64,000 nucleotides of DNA from an uncultured Acidobacteriota bacterium (GCA_963832495.1 CAWHUF010000005.1:1813766-1877765); one strand, 5' to 3'. Shown: positions 43,135 to 52,910, counted from the stretch's first letter. Translations and numbers: made by a program. Notes: a model not told the origin generated them from the letters alone.

Positions 43135-44193
43135 TCAGAGGGGAGTGGCGACCGGAATGTCCTCCGCAGAAGACGGTCCGATCTCTTTTCGTGGCCGGTC
43201 CGGCAGGCGCCTCCAGAGCACGAGGGTGAGCCCGAGGCCGAGCAGGGTCAACACCACGCTCCCCTCGGGACCGAAGGAGCCGCCGGTCAGCCTCTCGTCC
43301 CCTGAAAGGGACACGTCCAGCAGGTGGAAGAGGCGGATGCCGCTCACCGGCACCGACAGCAGGCAGGCGACGGCGAAGTTCCAGAAGCCGTGGGCGACCG
43401 TCGCTCCCCACAGGCTGCCGCTGCGCTCGACCAGGGCGGCCAGGATGAGGCCGGCCAGGATGATGTTGAACAGGGCGATCACGGAGACATTGGGGTTGAG
43501 CGCGTGGAGCAGGGAGAACAGCACCGAGGAGGCGAGCGCCGCCCAGAACGGCTGCCAGCGCTCCTTGAGGGCATGGTAGATGTAGCCCCGCACGATCCAT
43601 TCCTCCAACCCCCCCTGGAGCAGGAAGAGGACCAGCAGGAGCACCAGGAGGAGCACCGGCGGCAGGGGCCACCAGGCGGGGCCGGCCGAAAACGCCGGGC
43701 TCAGGCCGCCGAAGAGGATCGCTCCGAGGTTCGCGGGGAGGGCGAGGATCAGGAGAACCCAGCTCCCGAGCAGGGCCAGGACTCCGAGGGGCATGGTGGC
43801 GAGCTGCCGCAGAGCCCTCCTCCTGCCCTCCGGCCAGCGGGCCCCGATGCTGGCGAGATTCCGCCGGTCGAGATAGTGGACGAACAGCCAGGTCAACCCC
43901 AGGAGCGGCGGCACCTGAAGGGCGACGCCGAGCAGCAGGAGCTCGTTCGCCTGCCCGATCCCCCCTTCGCGAAAAGCCGAGTCCCTCAACAGGTAGGCGG
44001 CGGCCGTGAAGAGCACACCCAGGACGACCTCGACGGCAAAGTAGGCCAGGAGGTAGAGGCCCGCGCGGACCACGGGGTGCCAGCGGGGCCGCGGCGGAGC
44101 CGGTGCTGTCTCGAGGGGAGGGGATGGCGGGAGCGATGGAGACGGGTTTTCCAAACTGGCGTCCTCCGGGGTTTTCTCCAGGTGAAGGGACAT
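43135..44193 (-). CDS. CPBP-family (CAAX-protease/Abi) intramembrane metalloprotease
   Basis: Multi-TM protein with motif 1 EEWIVRG (E-E-x3-R), motif 2 FSLLH, and motif 3 HGFWN. It lies immediately upstream, on the same strand, of the four VWFA-related paralogs. Confidence 0.75.
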   Translation of the reverse strand: MSLHLEKTPEDASLENPSPSLPPSPPLETAPAPPRPRWHPVVRAGLYLLAYFAVEVVLGVLFTAAAYLLRDSAFREGGIGQANELLLLGVALQVPPLLGLTWLFVHYLDRRNLASIGARWPEGRRRALRQLATMPLGVLALLGSWVLLILALPANLGAILFGGLSPAFSAGPAWWPLPPVLLLVLLLVLFLLQGGLEEWIVRGYIYHALKERWQPFWAALASSVLFSLLHALNPNVSVIALFNIILAGLILAALVERSGSLWGATVAHGFWNFAVACLLSVPVSGIRLFHLLDVSLSGDERLTGGSFGPEGSVVLTLLGLGLTLVLWRRLPDRPRKEIGPSSAEDIPVATPL

Positions 44194-44325
44194 TCTATGC
44201 CGGTGGTTGTCCCCGTCGTCCCCCGTTGGCCCGGCCGCTTGGGGGTGTTTGTGGCACGCGAGTTGCTATCTACGAAAAGCCGGGGAGAGAAACAGACTTA
44301 AACGTCTAACCTAAGGAGGATCGTC

Positions 44326-44598
44326 ATGATTAACCTCATTCTCATTCTGATCGTCGGTGGCCTCATCGGGTGGATCGCCAGCATCGTGATGCGCACGAAC
44401 GCCCAGCAGGGCGTCCTGCTCAACGTCGTCGTCGGCATCGTCGGCGCTCTGCTCGCCGGCTTCCTGCTCGCCCCTCTGTTCGGCACGGGCAACATCACCT
44501 CGGGTGACTTCAGCCTGCCGGCTCTGCTCGTCTCGCTGCTGGGGGCGGTCGTCCTGCTCGCCATCGTCAACCTGTTCCGCCGTGGCGCGGTTCGCTGA
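44326..44598 (+). CDS. GlsB/YeaQ/YmgE-family (transglycosylase-associated) small membrane stress protein
   Basis: RBS AAGGAGGA, then MINLILILIVGGLIGWIASIVM...GVLLNVVVGIVGALLAGFL, the canonical family sequence. Confidence 0.8.
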   Translation: MINLILILIVGGLIGWIASIVMRTNAQQGVLLNVVVGIVGALLAGFLLAPLFGTGNITSGDFSLPALLVSLLGAVVLLAIVNLFRRGAVR

Positions 44599-44624
44599 CC
44601 CGGGCTTTTCCTAAAGCCTCACCC

Positions 44625-44655
44625 AGCCGCGGGGGTTCGGGACGTACGTCCGGAC
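44625..44655. terminator. bidirectional terminator-like GC hairpin between convergent glsB-like and SGNH genes
   Basis: CGGGGGTTCGGGACGT-ACGTCCGGACCCCCG near-perfect dyad. Confidence 0.4.
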
Positions 44656-44731
44656 CCCCGCTCGGCATGTAGACGCAAATTCCTCCCGCAAACGATTGGA
44701 GAGAGGGCCCCCGAAAGGGGGTTTGAATTTC

Positions 44732-45979
44732 TTACATTGCCGGGGTGCGGGTGCTCTTCAAGGCCTTCCGGACCCCTTCCGGAGTCGTCAGCTCCTGTTC
44801 CACGAGGACATCGCGGATCCACTGCGCAGCCATCTGGTTGCCGGCTCTGGGGTAGTGGAGGAAGTTCTTCTTCGCCATCTCCGCCTCGGGGTCATAACGC
44901 GCGAAACCATCCGCTAGATCGATCACGCGATACCCCCGGCGCCGCAGATCGTCGAGGAGCGGCTGATAGGTGACCTTCTCGCCCTCATGGCGCAGGCGCA
45001 CGTCCCGCCGCTGCGGAAAGAGGACGATCACGGGCAGAGACCCGTTGCCCAGGGCCTCGCGGTAGAACTGATCGAGCACCCGGAAGCTCACCTGGTAAGC
45101 CTCCGAGCGGGTGTTGTAAAGGCCGTTCGGCAGCAGGATGGGCTGGTTGAAATACTGGTTCCCGACCACCCGCGCAAAACGTACCGAGGGCAGGAAGTCG
45201 AAGCGGCTCCGCCGGTTGTTGCGCTGGTAGTAGTAGTCATGCTCGCCCAGGCGCGGCAGCCAGGCTTCCGGATCTTTCAGGAGGGCGCGGTACTCGCCGA
45301 TCGACCGGATGGGATTTTCGTGCAGCACCAGCTCGCCGCCTTGGATGGCGAAGCGGGGCTTGCTGAAGGGCAGGCCGCTCCTGGCGAAGTAGAACGGCCG
45401 GAAGGTGTTGACCATCCGGCTGATGTTCTCGCGACATCATGCCGATGAGCACGATGGGCGGGCGGTACGGCTCGCCCTCGCGCCGGTAGCGCAGCAGGGC
45501 CTGATCCGGGGCCGAGCCGGGGATGCCGAAGTTGATCACCTCCAGCCCCGGCTCCAGCTCCTCCAGCCGCTCCTCCCAGGTGAAGCCCGTGGGTACCCCG
45601 CTCGCGTGGGTGAAGGAGTCGCCGAAGGCCGCGACGCGCACACGGTCCGCCGGCGGCGCCGGACGCGTACTCCCGGGTGGCCCGGATCCCCTTGCTGTTG
45701 GCCTTGTACTGAGGCCGGTTGCCGTTAGGACCGGATGGTCCACCCCAGCTCCGGGTCGAACATCATGTAGGACGAGGTGTCGGCGATCTGGGCCTCCAGG
45801 ATGCCCCGGTGCTTGCCGCTCAGGTCTTCGACCGCGGTGGGCTTCTGGTATTCCAGGTTCTTGTACCGCTTGAGCGCCCAGAGGCCGCCCAGGCAGGCGA
45901 GCTCCACCACCAGCCAGAAAAAGGCGAGGAGGATGAGTGAGAACAGGGCCTTCTTGCGAGGGGAGATCGTCGCGGCCAT
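44732..45979 (-). CDS. membrane-anchored SGNH/GDSL-type hydrolase (AlgX/AlgJ-like esterase/acyltransferase fold), multiple frameshifts
   Basis: N-terminal TM anchor MAATISPRKKALFSLILLAFFWLVVELACLGGLWAL. Block I VRVAAFGDSFTHASGVP. The C-terminal part ...LPVIVLFPQRRDV...GYRVIDLADGFARYDPEAEMAKKNFLHYPRAGNQMAAQWIRDVL sits in a third frame. Pieces are distributed over ORFs 45725..46324, 45237..45992 and 44732..45415. Confidence 0.5.
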
Positions 45980-46112
45980 AGGGAGCGCGCATTCTACCCG
46001 ATGCCGCAGCAAGGGCTTGGCATCAGGAGGGAGCCGATCCTGACAGCCAGCAGGTTTGAGACGGGAGCTTGCATTGATTCTCCAGGCATATTGACGTACA
46101 GTAATAAGCAGG

Positions 46113-46508
46113 TTGTCGCAGCTCAGATTTGAAGGAGGCTTCATGCAGCTCCAGCCCAAGATCCGCCGTTTCCCTCGCATCCCGGCCGAGCACGCGGTCA
46201 TGGTCCGCCTCCTTGGAGTGAAGGCCTTCGAGGAGTTCGCCCGCACGCGGGTGATCGGTCCCGGGGGGTGTATGTTCGTGAGCGAGGAGTCGCTCGGCTT
46301 CGGCTCGCTCATGGAGCTGTCCATCGCGGTGCGCGGCCGGGTGGTGAAGACGGACAGCCGGGTCGTCTACGAGATCCGCAGGAGCCCGACCGAGCACCAG
46401 GTGGGCGTCGAGTTCCTGCGCATCAGCCCGGCGGACCGCTCGTACATCGAGTTGGTCGTGGCGGGCCGCAAGAGCGGCGGCACGGCTCCGGTCAGCCTGC
46501 CAGCCTGA
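46113..46508 (+). CDS. PilZ-domain (c-di-GMP-binding) protein
   Basis: RRFPR (RxxxR) motif followed by the D/N-x-S-x-G-G-like VIGPGGCMFVSEESL motif, in a 120-130 aa single-domain protein. Confidence 0.6.
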   Translation: MSQLRFEGGFMQLQPKIRRFPRIPAEHAVMVRLLGVKAFEEFARTRVIGPGGCMFVSEESLGFGSLMELSIAVRGRVVKTDSRVVYEIRRSPTEHQVGVEFLRISPADRSYIELVVAGRKSGGTAPVSLPA

Positions 46509-46969
46509 AGCTCCAGGAACGCCGTCCCCGGGATCGGGTTGAACCGGTAGGGTGGGATCTCGCGGAACCCGAGGGAGCGGTAGAGATCCTGCGCCCGCCC
46601 CATGGACGGAACGGTGTCCAGCCGCATGTGGGAGTAGCCGATCTCCCGCGCCTCCGCGATCACCGCTTCAGCCAAGGCCTTGCCGATCCCAAGCCCCTGG
46701 AAGTCCGGCCGCACGTAGAGCCGCTTCATCTCGCAGACGCCCTCTTCGATCTCCCGCAGCGCCACGCATCCTGCAGCCCGGCCGTCATGGAAGGCGAGGA
46801 GCAGCCGTCCCCGCGGCGGGGCGTAGGCCCCGGGTAGTCCCGCAAGCTCGGCCTCGAAGTCCTGGAACTCCAGATCGAACCCCAGCGAGACGGCGTACTC
46901 CTCGAAGAGGGCGCGGGCCTCCCGCAGGTGGTCCGGTGTCTCGGCCTGCAGGATCTCGGTCGGCGCCAT
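46367..46969 (-). CDS. GNAT-family N-acetyltransferase
   Basis: MAPTEILQAETPDHLREARALFEEYAVSL...GCVALREIEEGVCEMKRLYVRPDFQGLGIGKALAEAVIAEAREIGYSHMRLDT...LYRSLGF, i.e. acetyl-CoA motif A (Q/R-x-x-G-x-G/A). The supplied C-terminus overlaps the convergent PilZ gene by ~140 bp, so the true stop is uncertain and may hide a frameshift. Confidence 0.65.
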   Translation of the reverse strand: MAPTEILQAETPDHLREARALFEEYAVSLGFDLEFQDFEAELAGLPGAYAPPRGRLLLAFHDGRAAGCVALREIEEGVCEMKRLYVRPDFQGLGIGKALAEAVIAEAREIGYSHMRLDTVPSMGRAQDLYRSLGFREIPPYRFNPIPGTAFLELQAGRLTGAVPPLLRPATTNSMYERSAGLMRRNSTPTWCSVGLLRIS

Positions 46970-47060
46970 GGCAATATCATGGAGGAGAACGGAAGGTCTT
47001 GCCAGACGGCTCGCGGGACCGGCGAGACCCCTGACGAGGCCCGTCTCCCAAAGGAAGTTG

Positions 47061-47438
47061 CCGGCGAGAGGCAAAATGAGCCCTGAGATTGGTTCGTTCG
47101 CTCCGGCGAGCCGTTCGTTCCGCTCGGCGGGAGGCCGGTTCCGGCCGGCGAGAGACCCGTTCCGACCGGCGAGCCGATTTTTGACCCGGGCGAGCCGTTC
47201 GTTCCAGCCGGCGAGAGGCTCGTTCCGGCCGGCGAGTCAGGTTTGGGGTCAGGCAGGCCGCTCGTTCCGGTCGGCGGACGACCCGTTCCGGTTCAAAGAT
47301 GAATCGTTCCGGCCGGCGAACGATCTTTAAGGTCCGGCGAGCCACTCGTTCCGGTCGGCGGACGGCTCGTTCCGGTCGGCAGGCCAGCTTTTAGGCCGGT
47401 TAGGCCTTTCGTTCCTTCCGGCGAATCGTCATGGCGGT
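47061..47438. repeat. 17 to 18 copies of an exactly 21-bp degenerate tandem repeat (consensus CGGCGAG-N4-(C)TCGTTCCGG(C/T))
   Basis: Unit starts at 47103, 47124, 47145, 47166, 47187, 47208, 47229, 47250, 47271, 47292, 47313, 47334, 47355, 47376, 47397... (period 21). The array lies in the divergent intergenic region between the GNAT start (46969, minus) and the MNT start (47462, plus). It is open in two frames only because of GC richness; in-frame stops appear in degenerate units. Confidence 0.7.
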
Positions 47439-47461
47439 ATCATGGACGAGAACAGACGGCC

Positions 47462-47764
47462 ATGCCACTGTCTGAGAGGACTATGGACGAAGGAATCCGA
47501 GATCTGCTACAGCGAGGTGCGGCCCTCCTCCGAGACGCCGGGGCGCGGGAGGTCTACGTCTTCGGGTCCCTGGCAGCGGGCAAGGCGCGGGAAAACTCCG
47601 ATGTGGACTTGGCGGTCACGGGTCTGCCCCCGGAGAATTTCTTCACTGCAATGGCCCGTCTGGAGGATCTGTTCGATAGGGGAGTAGACCTGGTAGATCT
47701 GGACGACACGACTCCCTTCACCGCCTATCTCAGACAGAAAGGGCTCCTGCGGCGTGTGGCCTGA
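47462..47764 (+). CDS. minimal nucleotidyltransferase (MNT; HI0073/MntA-like antitoxin-type)
   Basis: VYVFGSLAAGKARENSDVDLAV = GS-x9-SDxD polymerase-beta-type NTase motif, ~100 aa. Confidence 0.75.
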   Translation: MPLSERTMDEGIRDLLQRGAALLRDAGAREVYVFGSLAAGKARENSDVDLAVTGLPPENFFTAMARLEDLFDRGVDLVDLDDTTPFTAYLRQKGLLRRVA

Positions 47765-48236
47765 CCTCAAGGATCAGATCGCGGTCGAAGAGGCCCAATT
47801 ACAACAACTGCTGGATGTCCACCGGCCCCTCTTGGAGAAGTGCCGGTTGGAGGAGCCGAACCCGATCGAGCTGTCGGCTCTGGCGGCGCTGCTGCATTCC
47901 TTCTACACGGGATTGGAGAACCTGTTCCGGCGAGTGGCCGTGGAAATTGACGGCGGGATCTTGCAAGGAGATCAGTGGCACCGGCGTCTCCTGCAGCAGA
48001 TGACCGAGCCTGGAGAGGCGAGACCCGCCGTCATCTCCTCGGAGCTCTACGATCGGCTCCATCCCTATCTCCAGTTCCGGCACGTCTTCCGGAATTCCTA
48101 TTCCTTCCAGCTCCGCTGGGACAAGATGGCGCCGCTCGTCCTCCAGTATGAAGAGACTTTCGCTGCTTTTCTGGCGGAGATCGCCGCTTTCTCAGAGCAG
48201 ATGGACAAGCGGTACGGACCATTCGACGTCCTATAG
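47754..48236 (+). CDS. HI0074-family nucleotidyltransferase substrate-binding protein (HEPN-like partner of MNT)
   Basis: Overlaps the MNT stop by 11 nt (operon). Four-helix pattern with ...ALLHSFYTGLENLFRRVA... and FRNSYSFQLRWD (compare the RN.TSH.Y family motif). Confidence 0.55.
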   Translation: MWPDLKDQIAVEEAQLQQLLDVHRPLLEKCRLEEPNPIELSALAALLHSFYTGLENLFRRVAVEIDGGILQGDQWHRRLLQQMTEPGEARPAVISSELYDRLHPYLQFRHVFRNSYSFQLRWDKMAPLVLQYEETFAAFLAEIAAFSEQMDKRYGPFDVL

Positions 48237-49250
48237 GCTCCTCTTCTCCAACCACCAGCTCCGGGCCACGAAAAAGAGACCTGTAAAGCCGATCATCGCA
48301 AACAGCGGAGAGACCAGCGCAAAGGCGTACTGGCCGTCGATCTCCCGGTTCAGCACCGACTCGGAGGGATACTCGGGATTGACGTAGCAGGGAATCCGGG
48401 TGTCCGGCGGCAGGCTCTGAACCACTTTTTCGGTCTCCTCGCTGTCGCCGACCGAGTTGCCCGAGAACTTGTAGCGGTTGGATTTGTACTGCCGCCCGTC
48501 AGCCGTATAGGTATAAACAACGTCGACGCTGTAGGTGGGGCCGCTTTCGCTGTCGCCCGGGTAGACGTGCACCGCGCTGCTGCGGATGATGCACGGCCGG
48601 GCCGGCCAGGATTTCGCCTCGACCGCCTTGAAAAAGACCGGGACGAAGTAGGACGCGAGGCCGAGACCGAAGATCAGGAAGAATCCGAAGAAGATGGTCA
48701 TGATGCCCCGCGGCCCCAGGCGGCTGAAGGCCTGGTTCACCCGAGCTCCCACCGCCTCCGCCCCGCGAGGCTGCCACAAGCCGTAGAGGCCGAATCCGGT
48801 TACGGCCGCGATCAATACAGAGAAAGGAAAGAAAAGGTAGACCCAGAAGCCCGGGCGCCGCAGCATGGATGACGACGGCTTCCGCGGGTTCACGTAGCAG
48901 AGGGCGCGAGACCCCGCCGGATAGCGGTCGACCAGGCGCTGGGCTTCTCCGATGTCTGTAGAGCTGGAGGGGTCGAACCGGTGGACGTCTCCGGTGTAGC
49001 GCCAGCCGCCGACGGTATAGCTGTAGAGGACCTGGAAGCTATAGAACTTGCCCGTATCCTCCGCGTGCTCCTCCACATTGCTGCTGAGGATGGTGCAGTC
49101 CCTCTCCTCCCAGGCATACGTTGCCGCCATGCGGAAGAAGCTGTAGACCAGGAGACCGCTGAACCACACCGTCCCCACGAAGAAAGGCAGGAGAAAGAGG
49201 CTGCTGAAGATCTTGCCCGGCAGGCCGGGGGGATTCCTTCCCATAGCCAT
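48231..49250 (-). CDS. membrane protein with two tandem DUF3592 domains
   Basis: Two repeats of TM-helix plus beta-domain, with ...CTILSSNVEE...YSFQVLYSYTVGGWRYTGDVHRF...CYVNP and ...CIIRSSAVHVY...YSVDVVYTYTADGRQYKSNRYKF...CYVNP. Confidence 0.6.
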   Translation of the reverse strand: MAMGRNPPGLPGKIFSSLFLLPFFVGTVWFSGLLVYSFFRMAATYAWEERDCTILSSNVEEHAEDTGKFYSFQVLYSYTVGGWRYTGDVHRFDPSSSTDIGEAQRLVDRYPAGSRALCYVNPRKPSSSMLRRPGFWVYLFFPFSVLIAAVTGFGLYGLWQPRGAEAVGARVNQAFSRLGPRGIMTIFFGFFLIFGLGLASYFVPVFFKAVEAKSWPARPCIIRSSAVHVYPGDSESGPTYSVDVVYTYTADGRQYKSNRYKFSGNSVGDSEETEKVVQSLPPDTRIPCYVNPEYPSESVLNREIDGQYAFALVSPLFAMIGFTGLFFVARSWWLEKRSL

Positions 49251-49265
49251 CCCCTCCCAGGAAAA

Positions 49266-50389
49266 CTACTGCGGTAATCCCCTTCCTGTCACCAGATAGG
49301 TCGCGAAGCTCCCCAGCCAGTGGCCGCCCTCGTAGTGCTCGCCGGTCACGGACGCCAGGCCCGACTCCCGGTGGGCGGCGGCCGCGGCGCGCAGGGCCGG
49401 CAGGCGGGGATCGCTCGAGGGCAGGCCGGCGGTGATCCCCTCCAGCATCCAGGCCCGGGAGAGGTTGAGGCCGTCCAGGTGGGCGAGCTTGCCGTCCGTG
49501 GGATCGGTGACAACGGCGGGCGTGAGCCAGTCCCTGGCCGTCGCCGAATCTGCGGCAGGAAGGCGGAGAGCCAGGTGGCGAATTCTCCGGTGGGCAGGAT
49601 CCGGCGCATCAGGTCGGCCTCGCCGAGGCAGGGGGAGAGGAAGTCCTCGCCCGAGGGCTCGTAGGCGAGCGGGCAGGCCTTGTCTTTGCCGATAGAGCTC
49701 GCGGGCGCGCGTCTCGAAGAGGGTCTGCGCGTCCCGGTCGCCGGATCCCCGCGCCCAGTCGAGCATCAGGCCGAAGCGCGAAGGCGGTCTGGTTGTGCTC
49801 GCCCGTGCGGATGGGGTGGGAGAGCTTGGGCAGCCACGTCCGGATGCGCCCCGCCGCGGCCTTGACCAGCGGCTCCAGCGCCTCGGCCCAGCGCGCGGGC
49901 CTGGGGATCGTCCCACTCGCGGAGCTCGGCCGCGAGCTGGAGCAGCCAGGCGAGGCCGTAGGGCCGCTCGAAGGTCGCTCGTCCCGTGCCCTCCAGATAG
50001 CGCACCTCGGCCGCGATGTTGGCGGCCGTGAGGCTCTTGTCGAGCGCCTCCCGGGCCTTGGCCGCGAACGGCGCGTCGGGGAACTGGCGGGCCAGCCGCG
50101 CCAGCAGCCAGTGGCCGTGCACGGCCGAGTGCCAGTCGTAGCAGCCGTAGAAGGCGGGGGTCAGCTCGCGCGGCGGCTTGACGTCGGCGTCGCCGTTCAT
50201 CACGTGGGCGATCTTGTTCGGATACTCCTTGTGGACGCAGGCGAGCGCCAGGTTGGCGAGACGCTCGGCCGGCGGCCTCGATGGAGCGGGGGTGGCAGGG
50301 TACGGCGGCGGCCATGACCGGCAAGAGGAGAGCAGCGGCGAGAAGCAGGGAGAGCCCGTCGGAGGATCATGGCCGCAGGATGGTACCAT
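49266..50389 (-). CDS. DUF2891-family protein (at least 3 frameshifts)
   Basis: N-terminal piece (49766..50389 frame) ...RLANLALACVHKEYPNKIAHVMNGDADVKPPRELTPAFYGCYDWHSAVHGHWLLARL...; C-terminal piece (49266.. frame) ...DWLTPAVVTDPTDGKLAHLDGLNLSRAWMLEGITAGLP...VTGEHYEGGHWLGSFATYLVTGRGLPQ*. The middle lies in a third frame. Confidence 0.5.
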
Positions 50390-50409
50390 CCGCGCCCGGG
50401 AGGGGCCCC

Positions 50410-51078
50410 ATGCCTGAGACGCCCGAGACGCGGGAGGCTCTGCAAGCTATTCGCCGCGGGAAGAGATCGCCCACAGCGTGATCCACGGCGTGGGGATCCT
50501 GCTGAGCATCGCGGGCCTCATCGCGCTGATCGTGGTGGCGCGCCGCACGGGCGATCCCTGGCACGTGCTGGCCTGCGCCGTCTACGGCGCCACGCTGATC
50601 CTGCTCTACCTCGCCTCGACCCTCTACCACAGCATCCCGTCCCCGCGGCTCAAGCCCCTCCTGCGGGTGCTCGACCACTCGGCGATCTACCTGCTGATCG
50701 CGGGCACCTACACGCCCTTCACCCTGATCAGCCTGCGCGGGACCCTGGGGCTGGACGCTCTTCGGCCTGGTCTGGGGCATGGCCTTCCTCGGCATCGCCC
50801 TCAAGGTGGCGGCCATCGGCCGGTTCCGGTGGCTGTCGATGGTCCTCTACCTCGGCATGGGCTGGCTCGTGCTCGTGGCCCTGGAGCCGCTCCGGCTGGC
50901 GGTGGACGCAGGACGGCGTGGTGCTGCTCGTTCCTGGGCGGCGTCGCCTACACCTCGGGAACCCTCTTCTACGGCTGGCGCCGCCTGCCGTACCACCACG
51001 CGGTCTGGCACGCTCTTCGTGCTCGCGGGCAGCGTGCTGCACTTCTTCGCTGTCTTGCTCTACGTGGTCCCGGTATAA
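50410..51078 (+). CDS. hemolysin-III / PAQR-family (YqfA-like) channel protein, multiple frameshifts
   Basis: MPETPETREALQAIRRG|EEIAHSVIHGVGILLSIAGLIALIVVA...YGATLILLYLASTLYHS...LRVLDHSAIYLLIAGTYTPFTLISLRG, then ...MAFLGIALKVAAIGRFRWLSMVLYLGMGWLVLVALEPL... and ...LFVLAGSVLHFFAVLLYV in other frames. The first junction is explained by GGGG read as GGG. Confidence 0.55.
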
Positions 51079-51129
51079 CCCAGCCCCTGCCTTTTCCGTA
51101 TAGAGAGGGCCATTGAAAGGAGATCCCCT

Positions 51130-52910
51130 ATGCGGGCCAATTTGCGGCTTCCATTGTCATTGATCACTCTCTTGCTGGTTTCCACCGCCGCCTGGGCCGC
51201 CGACAAGCCCAAGGACGACCTCCAGGCGCGGCGCGACGCCCTGAACAAGCTGCTCGCCGAGCAGTGGGAGTACAACCTCTCCACCTCCCCCGAGTTCGCC
51301 TCCATCCTGGGCGACAAGCGCTGGAACGACCAGATCTCCGACTTCTCCCAGGCCGCGATCGACGCGGACCTCGCCAAGTCGCGCGAGTTCCTGACGCGGT
51401 TCGAGGCCATCGACACCACCGGCTTCCCCGAGCAGGAGGCCCTCAACAAGGAGCTGATGGTGCGGGGCCTGAAGGAGGGGATCGAGGGCGCCAGATTCAA
51501 GGGCTGGCTGATGCCGGTGACCCAGATCTCCGGCATCCACCTGATGGTCCCCCAGTTCCCGCCGCTGCTCAGCTTCACCACCGTCAAGGACTACGACGAC
51601 CTGATCACCCGCTACAGGAAGATCCCCAGGGTCTTCGACCAGACGATCGGGCACATGCGCGCGGGCATGGCCGCCGGCCTGATGCCGCCCAAGTTCCTGC
51701 TGGAGAAAGTCGTGGGGCAGGTCGAAGGGATCGCCGCCATGAGCCCGAGCAGTCGCCCTTCGCCGAGCCGCTCGCCAAGTTCCCCAAGGACATCCCCGAG
51801 GCCGAGCAGAAGCGCATCCGCGAGGAGATGCTCGCTGCGATCCGCGACTCGATCCTCCCGGCCTACGCCAGTTCGGCAAGTTCGTGAAGGAGGAGTACCT
51901 CGCCCAAGGGCCGCACCGAGCCCGGCATGTGGTCCCTGCCCGACGGCGAGGCCCGCTACGCCTGGGCCGTCCAGCAGTCCACGACCACGAAGCTGACGCC
52001 GGAGGAGATCCACCAGATCGGCCTGCGCGAGGTGGCGCGGATCGAGGGCGAGATGCTGGAGATCGCGAAGAAGCTCGGCTACCAGGACCTCAAGAGCTTC
52101 AACGCCGCGATCGAGGACGATCCCAAGCTGAAGGCCCGGTCGCGCCAGCACATCCTCGATCTCTACCGGAAGTACATCGACCAGATGTACACCAAGCTGC
52201 CGGAGCTGTTCGGCCGCCTGCCCAAGGCCAAGGTCGAGGTGCTGCCGGTCGAGGAGTTCCGCGAGAAGGAGGCCGCGGGCGCCCAGTACAACCCGGGCAC
52301 GCCGGACGGCTCGCGGCCCGGCCGGGTGATGGTGAACACGGGCGACGCCACCTCGCGCAAGACCATCTCCATGGAGTCCACCGCCTACCACGAGGGCGTG
52401 CCCGGCCACCACATGCAGCTCACGATCGCCCAGGAGCTGCCCGAGCTGCCGCCGTTCCGCCAGCAGGGGGGCTACACCTCCTTCGCCGAAGGCTGGGCCC
52501 TCTACTCCGAGCGCCTCGGCAAGGAGGTCGGCTTCTATCAGGATCCCTACAGCGACTACGGCCGCCTGCAGGACGAGATGCTGCGCGCCATCCGCCTCGT
52601 GGTGGACACCGGCTTCCACTACAAGCGCTGGACCCGCGACCAGGTGGTGCAGTTCTTCCACGACCACTCGGCCATCGACGAGGTCGACGTGCAGAGCGAG
52701 ACCGACCGCTACATCGTCTGGCCCGGCCAGGCCCTCGCCTACAAGATCGGCCAGCTCAAGATCCTGGAGCTGCGCGAGCGGGCGAAGAAGGAGCTGGGCG
52801 CGAAGTTCGACATCCGCGAGTTCCACGACGAGGTCCTGGGCGCCGGCGCGCTGCCGCTCGACGTGCTGGAGGAGCGGATCGACGCGTGGATCGCGGCGGA
52901 GAAGGGGTAG
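51130..52910 (+). CDS. secreted DUF885-family protein (two frameshifts around 51740-51930)
   Basis: Signal peptide MRANLRLPLSLITLLLVSTAAWAADKP. DUF885 N-terminal helical region. C-terminal part has YHEGVPGHHMQL (HE..PGHH) and ...IVWPGQALAYKIGQLKI. Confidence 0.65.

Noticed and set aside
47061-47438. 21-bp tandem repeats as a possible CRISPR array or as a heptad-repeat protein gene
   Set aside because: No unique spacers between repeats; the whole array is repeat units. So it is not CRISPR. The two open frames reflect GC content, and degenerate units introduce stops. I kept it as a noncoding tandem repeat while flagging the coding alternative.
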